A DNA stretch of 64,000 nucleotides from an uncultured Bacteroides sp. (GTDB taxonomy: Bacteria; Bacteroidota; Bacteroidia; Bacteroidales; GCA-2748055). Within the stretch, counting starts at the first letter, position 1; every line of letters starts with the position of its first letter. Below, piece after piece: positions 58,503 through 64,000 of this stretch. Location: contig CAZRZY010000005.1 of assembly GCA_964604655.1 (NCBI GenBank), forward strand, positions 10,031 through 74,030, read 5' to 3'. A model generated the notes under the pieces. The model was not told the origin of the DNA and searched no databases. It saw nothing but the letters and a program-made list of their open reading frames with translations. The position numbers and the translations under genes are program-made.

Positions 58503-58797
58503 GCTGACACCAGAATTGGTGATGCCCTTTTGGGCCCTGAAAGTGTCTGTACTGGTTTGCCTGAGAGAAGATAACCGGACCCATGAAACTCATGGCAAGT
58601 CGATTGATTTATATGAACGATTGTCGCAAAACAGGAAAACATGATTAGCTGACCGGGTAAATATTCCCCGTGACGTGGATATTGTTCCACAGATGGTTAG
58701 AGATAACACGATCGTTAACAGGGGTGGATAGTTTGGCACACCGTTTTCACTAAGAAGGATGTAACTTATGTTGTACCCTCAAACCACGCGAAAAAAA

Positions 58798-59271
58798 ATG
58801 ATAGACAGAAAAAACAGAAACAGAAAAGTACGGAGATATGGATCACTTTTTTTTATCCTGGTCATGATCATAAGTCTCGGTTCCTGCAACCAGGGAACAG
58901 GGAACAGCGACAGAACAGTGACTTCGGGAGATGTGAAAGATGAATTGGAAGAGGCGGGAGATACTGCCCGTGCATACATGAACCAGGAGAAGCAGCTCCT
59001 TGTGAATATTTATGAAGAAAGGCTTGAACTGATCGAACAGCAGATCGCCGGCATGAAAGATCGAATGGCTAGCGTTTCGGCATCCGCAGAGGATACCTAT
59101 CAGAGCAGGATCGATGCACTCGAAGACCAGTATCATTCGGTCGAGAAGAATCTGAAAGATTTTCAGAAGTCCTCGAAAGATGCCTGGGAAGAGCTCCTCA
59201 AAGGAGTCGATGAAGCAGTCAAGGAACTGGAAGAGTCGGTTAGTCAGGCGAAGGATGAATTCGAACAGTAA
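58798..59271 (+). CDS. Coiled-coil lipoprotein
   Basis: MIDRKNRNRKVRRYGSLFFILVMIISLGSC lipobox, then a helical acidic region. The longest ORF starts at 58768. Confidence 0.55.
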   Translation: MIDRKNRNRKVRRYGSLFFILVMIISLGSCNQGTGNSDRTVTSGDVKDELEEAGDTARAYMNQEKQLLVNIYEERLELIEQQIAGMKDRMASVSASAEDTYQSRIDALEDQYHSVEKNLKDFQKSSKDAWEELLKGVDEAVKELEESVSQAKDEFEQ

Positions 59272-59313
59272 TCAGGGCATACCTCATATATTAATCACTT
59301 AACACCCATCGTT

Positions 59314-60057
59314 ATGAAAAGAAGTCTGAATAATTTGACCGGGTACTCCATTCATGGAAAGAATGGTCCCGAAGGAAAAGTAAAAGATTTTCTGTTCGAT
59401 GAAGAGGGGTGGATCGTCAGGTATCTGGATGTAGATTTTGAAGATCTGAAAAACGATTCGAACCGGATACTAATCCCCACTTCTTCCCTGAAAGAGACCG
59501 ACTGGTCCGATAAAACCTTTCATGCAGGACTCACCAGGGAGGAGATCAAATCCTCCCCGGCCCTCCAGGAAGAACTTCCTGTCTCCAGGGAGTATGAGAA
59601 ACAATTAAACGAGCATTACAATCTGGATCTATACTGGCCCTTTATGTACCATGCCTCCGTAGGGGCGCCGGTGCTCTATCCACCACGCCCTCTGCGCACC
59701 CCGTCGAAGGAAGTGGATGAGGAAGAACTGGATACCAGCCTACGCAGTTTCGCAGAGGTAAAAGGATATCGCATACGGGCAAAAGACGATAGTCTGGGCG
59801 AGTTGGTCGATCTGATCGTGGATGATGAAGACTGGCAGATGGTATATCTGATAGCCGATACCAGCCGCTGGAGGCCATGGAGCAAAAAGGTGATCCTGTC
59901 CGTGAACTGGCTGGAAAAGATCCGGTTTATGGGCAGGGAAGTGTCGGTTAACCTGACGACGGATCAGATCAAAGAAGCGCCCGAATTTGATCCTTCCCAT
60001 CCCATCGATATGGACTACGAGAAAGCACTGGAGGAGTATTACAAACAACTCTCATAA
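59314..60057 (+). CDS. PRC-barrel domain protein (two PRC-barrel-like halves)
   Basis: 247 aa. LTGYSIHGKNGPEGKVKDFLFDEEGWIVRYLDVD and a second half VKGYRIRAKDDSLGELVDLIVDDEDWQMVYLIAD. Confidence 0.7.
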   Translation: MKRSLNNLTGYSIHGKNGPEGKVKDFLFDEEGWIVRYLDVDFEDLKNDSNRILIPTSSLKETDWSDKTFHAGLTREEIKSSPALQEELPVSREYEKQLNEHYNLDLYWPFMYHASVGAPVLYPPRPLRTPSKEVDEEELDTSLRSFAEVKGYRIRAKDDSLGELVDLIVDDEDWQMVYLIADTSRWRPWSKKVILSVNWLEKIRFMGREVSVNLTTDQIKEAPEFDPSHPIDMDYEKALEEYYKQLS

Positions 60058-60352
60058 CTAGTTCAACTGTAAGATGTGGAAGTACTGGACGACATAGACA
60101 CCCTCTCCGGAAACATGGACAATGAACTGGTAGTCAGATAGCAGCCAGGATGATAGTCATGTTAGATCAGGCAGTAGAACCATGAGCAGATGGATGACTC
60201 ATCGGATGATAAGGAGTGGTCGGAATTCAACTCCAATATCTATACGGATCTCCAATCTTTTGACACTGCCTTTAAAGAGGCCAGAGCTATGTTCAGACCT
60301 CATCCATGATAACAACAGACTGATTGATAGCAAAATCTGACCGAGACAGAAG

Positions 60353-61063
60353 ATGAATTTATTGATCACAGGAACCAGTTCCGGGATCGGCTATGCCCTT
60401 GCCAGGGAGTACCTGGAAACAGGGGCCCGGGTTTTCGGGATCAGCCGAAGATACCACAACAGGCTGAGACCCTTTGCCGGTTACACCCACCTGTCCTGCA
60501 GCCTGGAAGAAGTGAATGGATTGGAAAGCAAGATCCCGGATCTGCTCACGGATACCCGTTCACTGGACCAGGTTATCCTGAATGCAGGGATGCTTCCTGT
60601 AATCGGCGATATGCAGGAGACCTCCATGGAGAGCATTCATCAGGTGATGAATGTGAATGTCTGGGCCAATAAAGTACTGATCGACGTGCTTTCGCGTCAT
60701 GTCCGGGAGATCCATCAGGTGGTGGCCATCTCCTCGGGAGCCTCCATAAAAGGCTCACGAGGATGGAATGTATACTCCATTTCCAAGGCTGCTCTGAACA
60801 TGATGATACAGCTATATGCTGCAGAGATGCCAGACACGCACTTTTCTTCCATAGCACCGGGGGTGGTGGAGACTGCCATGCAGGACAGTATTGCCGATCT
60901 GGAGGAGGACGAAAGGTTCCAGGTGGTACAAAGGCTGAAGAAAATGCGATCAAACAATGAAATGTCGTCGCCCCGTCAGACAGCTCTAACGTTGATAGAG
61001 GCCATGGGGGCGGCACTTCAGGAAAAAAGCGGTTCCTACCTCGATGTAAGGACCCTGTTTTAG
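60353..61063 (+). CDS. SDR family NAD(P)-dependent oxidoreductase
   Basis: 236 aa. LITGTSSGIGYALA, YSISKAA. Confidence 0.8.
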   Translation: MNLLITGTSSGIGYALAREYLETGARVFGISRRYHNRLRPFAGYTHLSCSLEEVNGLESKIPDLLTDTRSLDQVILNAGMLPVIGDMQETSMESIHQVMNVNVWANKVLIDVLSRHVREIHQVVAISSGASIKGSRGWNVYSISKAALNMMIQLYAAEMPDTHFSSIAPGVVETAMQDSIADLEEDERFQVVQRLKKMRSNNEMSSPRQTALTLIEAMGAALQEKSGSYLDVRTLF

Positions 61064-61119
61064 CGGTAGCCCGGATCCTATTCCTTCCCTCTCCTTATGC
61101 CGAACGGACCAGGTAGTGA

Positions 61120-61254
61120 AGAAATTTGGTAACCTCCCCCACATCTTTTCTCGGAAACATTATCGGCGGTGTATTATTCGTGGCAATAAATGGTATTAAA
61201 CCCCAGGGTAGAACCCTGGACCCTTCTTTCCGGGGCAAGCCCCGGGGAATTTAA
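61120..61254 (+). pseudogene. Possible C-terminal remnant of a formate/nitrite transporter (FNT) family gene
   Basis: The translation after the in-frame TGA at 61117 is RNLVTSPTSFLGNIIGGVLFVAINGIK.... This resembles the last TM of FNT channels (..LGNI.GG..FV). It is very short. Confidence 0.25.
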
Positions 61255-61427
61255 CCACACCCTCTCGTCCGCCGAAGCGGAACGCGAAGGTGGATTAAAT
61301 TCAGTCACGTGGCTTCTTCTCCCCCAACAAATTGATCAATTCCTCTGCACAAAGGGAACCTGTCAGTTCCTGGCCTCATCAGCTCCTGTAAACCGGTGGC
61401 AGCTATTTTATACAGCTGAAAGGGTAG

Positions 61428-61500
61428 TGACCTCAGGAGGACTCGAACCCCCACCATAGGAACCGGAATCCTACGTTCTATCCAGTTAAACTATGAGGCC
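61428..61500 (-). tRNA. tRNA-Arg (anticodon CCG)
   Basis: The minus strand reads GGCCTCA TA GTTT AACTGGATA GAAC G TAGGA TTCCGGT TCCTA TGGT GGGGG TTCGAGT CCTCC TGAGGTC A. 73 nt, cloverleaf folded by hand. CCA is not encoded. Confidence 0.9.
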
Positions 61501-61563
61501 TTTAACGGAGTGCAAAGTTAATACTTTTTCCTAATTTCGCAGTTTAAATCCAAGTCGCACCGC

Positions 61564-64000
61564 ATGGAATACCGGTTTACAGAGATTGAGAAACGCTGGC
61601 AGGAGTACTGGGAAAAAAATAAGACCTTTCGAACTCCGGATGATTTCTCAAAGCCCAAATATTACATCCTCGACATGTTCCCCTATCCTTCGGGATCGGG
61701 TCTCCATGTGGGTCATCCCGAAGGATACACAGCCACCGATATTGTCGCCCGATACAAGCGGATGAACGGATTCAACGTCCTTCATCCCATGGGATACGAT
61801 GCATTCGGGCTTCCGGCCGAGCAATATGCCATTGAGACCGGTACTCATCCGGCGGTCACCACAGGCAGGAACTGCGATAATTTCCGGCGGCAGATCAAGT
61901 CCCTGGGATTGGGATATGACTGGGACCGGGAGATCATTACCGCCGATCCGGGCTATTTTAGGTGGACCCAATGGATCTTCATACAGCTCTATAACACCTG
62001 GTTTGACGCCCGTCAGCAAAAGGGACGCCCCATCAGTGATCTGGAGATCCCGGAGGAGGTCAGAGCCCTGGGAGACAAAGAGGTCAGGAGGTACAGGGAC
62101 GACCGGCGACTGGCCTACTATGACGATGCCCAGGTTTGGTGGTGCTCCCACTGCCGCATAGTCTGCGCCAACGAAGAGGTGCTCACCGACGGAACACATG
62201 AGAAGTGCGGAAACACGGTGGAAAAAAAGAGCCTGAAACAGTGGATGCTCCGGATTCCCCATTATGCGGAGCGGCTGCTGGGAGGATTGGAGAATGTGGA
62301 ATGGCCTGAGGGAATCAAGGATATGCAACGCAACTGGATCGGCCGTTCTACCGGTGCAGAGGTTGATTTCCTGCTGGAAGATAGCATCCGGATGGAAGAT
62401 AGCATCCGGATGGAAGAAGGCGACCGGATGGAAGAAGGCGACCGGAAATTACGGGTCTTCACCACCCGTCCCGACACCCTGTTCGGTGCCACCTATATGG
62501 TGGTGGCGCCCGAGCACCCCATGCTTCAGGAACTGATTACCGGTGACCGGAAAGAGGAGGTGGAGCAATATGTGGCACAGGCCGGCCTCAAGTCGGAGCT
62601 CGACCGGGCGGACCTTTCCCGGGAGAAAACAGGAGTTTTCACCGGAAGTTATGCCATCAATCCGGTTAACCGGTCACGGATCCCCATTTGGGTGGCCGAC
62701 TACGTGCTGATGGGATACGGGACGGGGGCCATTATGGCAGTGCCCGGACACGATACCCGCGATTTCGAGTTTGCCACCAAATTCAGGTTACCTATCCTGG
62801 GGATCATGGATCCGGATACGGAAGACCGGGAGCTGCGGGAAAAGGTGCTGGCCGGTGCTGCCTGCTGGACCGAAAACGGAATCTATGTAAACTCGTCCGG
62901 TGCTGAAACCGGTCTCGATATCAACGGACTCTCCAAAGAGGAAGGGATCGCGGCTACCATCCGCTGGCTAAAGGAGCATCAGCTGGGGAACCCGGCTGTC
63001 AATTACAAGATCCGGGACTGGCTCTTCAGCCGCCAGCGCTACTGGGGAGAACCATTCCCGGTGATCCACTGGGAGGACGGGGAGATAAGCCTGCTGGACG
63101 AATCGGAACTTCCGCTGCTGTTGCCTGAACTGGAAAGATACGAGCCCGGCATCGAGGGCGAATCCCCACTGGCCAATGCCGCCGAATGGCTGGAGGTGAC
63201 CGACTCCAGCGGCCGGAAGGGCAGGCGGGAAACCAACACCATGCCTCAGTGGGCCGGATCATGCTGGTACTACCTGCGCTACATTGATCCTAAAAATGAA
63301 AGGGAACCTTTTTCCAGAGAAAAAGAGCAGTACTGGATGCCGGTGGACCTTTACATCGGAGGTGCGGAACATGCAGTGCTGCATCTGCTTTACAGCCGAT
63401 TCTGGCATAAGGTACTGTACGACCTGGAATATGTGTCCACCGACGAACCCTACACCAGGCTGTTCAACCAGGGCATGATCCTGGCTTTTGCCTATGAGAC
63501 CTATGCCGGGGCCAAGGTTCCCACCGACCAGGTGGAAGAAAGAGAGGGGGAGTATTATCATAAAGGAACGGGCGAGAAGCTGAACCAGATCGTGGCCAAG
63601 ATGTCGAAGTCACTGAAAAACGTGGTGAACCCCGATGATGTGGTACGTGCTTTCGGTGCAGATGCGCTGCGGCTCTATGAAATGTTCCTGGGGCCGCTGG
63701 ATGCCGTGAAACCATGGGCCGAGAACGGGGTAAAGGGGGTATACAATTTCCTGAACCGGGTTCATAAGTTCTTTGCCGATGATTCCAACTATACCGAAGG
63801 AGAGGAAGACCCGGAGGTAAAGAAGACACTTCACGCCACCATCAAGAAGGTGGGCGGGGATATCGAAGCACTTCATTTTAACACGGCCATTTCGCAGATG
63901 ATGATCTTTGCCAATCTCTGTATCAAAAAGGGGAAAGTAACCCGCACTTCCTCCGATGCCTTCATTCGTCTCCTTGCTCCCTTTGCACCTCACCTGGGGG
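61564..64000 (+). CDS. leuS: Leucine--tRNA ligase, N-terminal ~812 codons (3' end beyond the window)
   Basis: Absent from the ORF track because it is open at the window edge. My own translation from the ATG at 61564 is stop-free to 64000: MEYRFTEIEKRWQEYWEKNKTF...MFPYPSGSGLHVGHPEGY (HIGH), VFTTRPDTLFGATYMVVAPEHP, KMSKSLKN (KMSKS). Confidence 0.97.
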   Translation, partial: MEYRFTEIEKRWQEYWEKNKTFRTPDDFSKPKYYILDMFPYPSGSGLHVGHPEGYTATDIVARYKRMNGFNVLHPMGYDAFGLPAEQYAIETGTHPAVTTGRNCDNFRRQIKSLGLGYDWDREIITADPGYFRWTQWIFIQLYNTWFDARQQKGRPISDLEIPEEVRALGDKEVRRYRDDRRLAYYDDAQVWWCSHCRIVCANEEVLTDGTHEKCGNTVEKKSLKQWMLRIPHYAERLLGGLENVEWPEGIKDMQRNWIGRSTGAEVDFLLEDSIRMEDSIRMEEGDRMEEGDRKLRVFTTRPDTLFGATYMVVAPEHPMLQELITGDRKEEVEQYVAQAGLKSELDRADLSREKTGVFTGSYAINPVNRSRIPIWVADYVLMGYGTGAIMAVPGHDTRDFEFATKFRLPILGIMDPDTEDRELREKVLAGAACWTENGIYVNSSGAETGLDINGLSKEEGIAATIRWLKEHQLGNPAVNYKIRDWLFSRQRYWGEPFPVIHWEDGEISLLDESELPLLLPELERYEPGIEGESPLANAAEWLEVTDSSGRKGRRETNTMPQWAGSCWYYLRYIDPKNEREPFSREKEQYWMPVDLYIGGAEHAVLHLLYSRFWHKVLYDLEYVSTDEPYTRLFNQGMILAFAYETYAGAKVPTDQVEEREGEYYHKGTGEKLNQIVAKMSKSLKNVVNPDDVVRAFGADALRLYEMFLGPLDAVKPWAENGVKGVYNFLNRVHKFFADDSNYTEGEEDPEVKKTLHATIKKVGGDIEALHFNTAISQMMIFANLCIKKGKVTRTSSDAFIRLLAPFAPHLG
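62377..62448. repeat. Four in-frame 18-bp tandem units inside leuS (EDSIRM EDSIRM EEGDRM EEGDRK)
   Basis: gaagatagcatccggatg x2, then gaagaaggcgaccggatg and gaagaaggcgaccggaaa. The units lie between the conserved RS.GAEVDF and VFTTRPDT blocks. Confidence 0.95.

Noticed and set aside
58734-58749. TGGCACACCGTTTTCA upstream of the coiled-coil lipoprotein gene as a second sigma-54 promoter.
   Set aside because: The spacing is right, but the -12 G is replaced (TTTC) and position 7 also deviates. This is too weak to report as a feature without a genome-wide PWM background.
60058-60352. The frame reading DDSSDDKEWSEFNSNIYTDLQSFDTAFKEARAMF between the PRC-barrel and SDR genes, as a remnant of a coiled-coil lipoprotein.
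   Set aside because: It is too short and too generic (a charged helix) to assign. No supporting motif.

Overview
This is a chromosomal segment that looks like a Bacteroidota genome. That assignment is an inference from gene content and order: the dcw cluster start mraZ-rsmH-ftsL-ftsI, a long-form PurF, an ExbB-hyp-ExbD-ExbD cluster, a GlsB/OlsB-type N-acyltransferase, a monofunctional proline dehydrogenase, and many 1-4 nt start/stop overlaps. About 60 protein genes and 2 tRNAs (Ser-GGA, Arg-CCG) are supported. I saw no rRNA, CRISPR array, transposase, integrase or phage genes.

Most genes are housekeeping: ftsI (open at the left edge), purF, miaB, aspS, tadA, aroA, dprA, gdhA, tatD, ansA and leuS (open at the right edge). 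Envelope, transport and stress genes are interspersed. These include two PEGLP-type P-type ATPases (one coupled to mgtC), an Mla-like ABC operon, a diacylglycerol-kinase/App1-phosphatase pair, Usp, YtxH and PRC-barrel proteins.

The points most worth a second look are:
- A translationally coupled hybrid histidine kinase - patatin - SLC12-type cotransporter operon beside a sigma-54 activator.
- A lipoprotein with about 400 aa of coiled coil and a C-terminal membrane anchor, sitting in a small envelope gene cluster.
- An orphan PLD-like/MORN-like fusion gene in a decayed locus.
- A 1.1 kb non-coding convergent spacer filled with three tandem-repeat families.
- Repeated 18-22 bp tandem duplications inside or at the ends of conserved genes (leuS, miaB, glsB-like).
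- At least six short gene remnants (UPF0182, PolX-PHP, EncFtn, AI-2E, FNT, acyltransferase N-terminus), which point to deletion-driven decay.
- A near-consensus sigma-54 promoter and a phased MraZ operator.

I found no clear novel multi-gene defence or mobile system. All family calls come from motif recognition by eye, without database searches, so every one needs HMM/BLAST confirmation.
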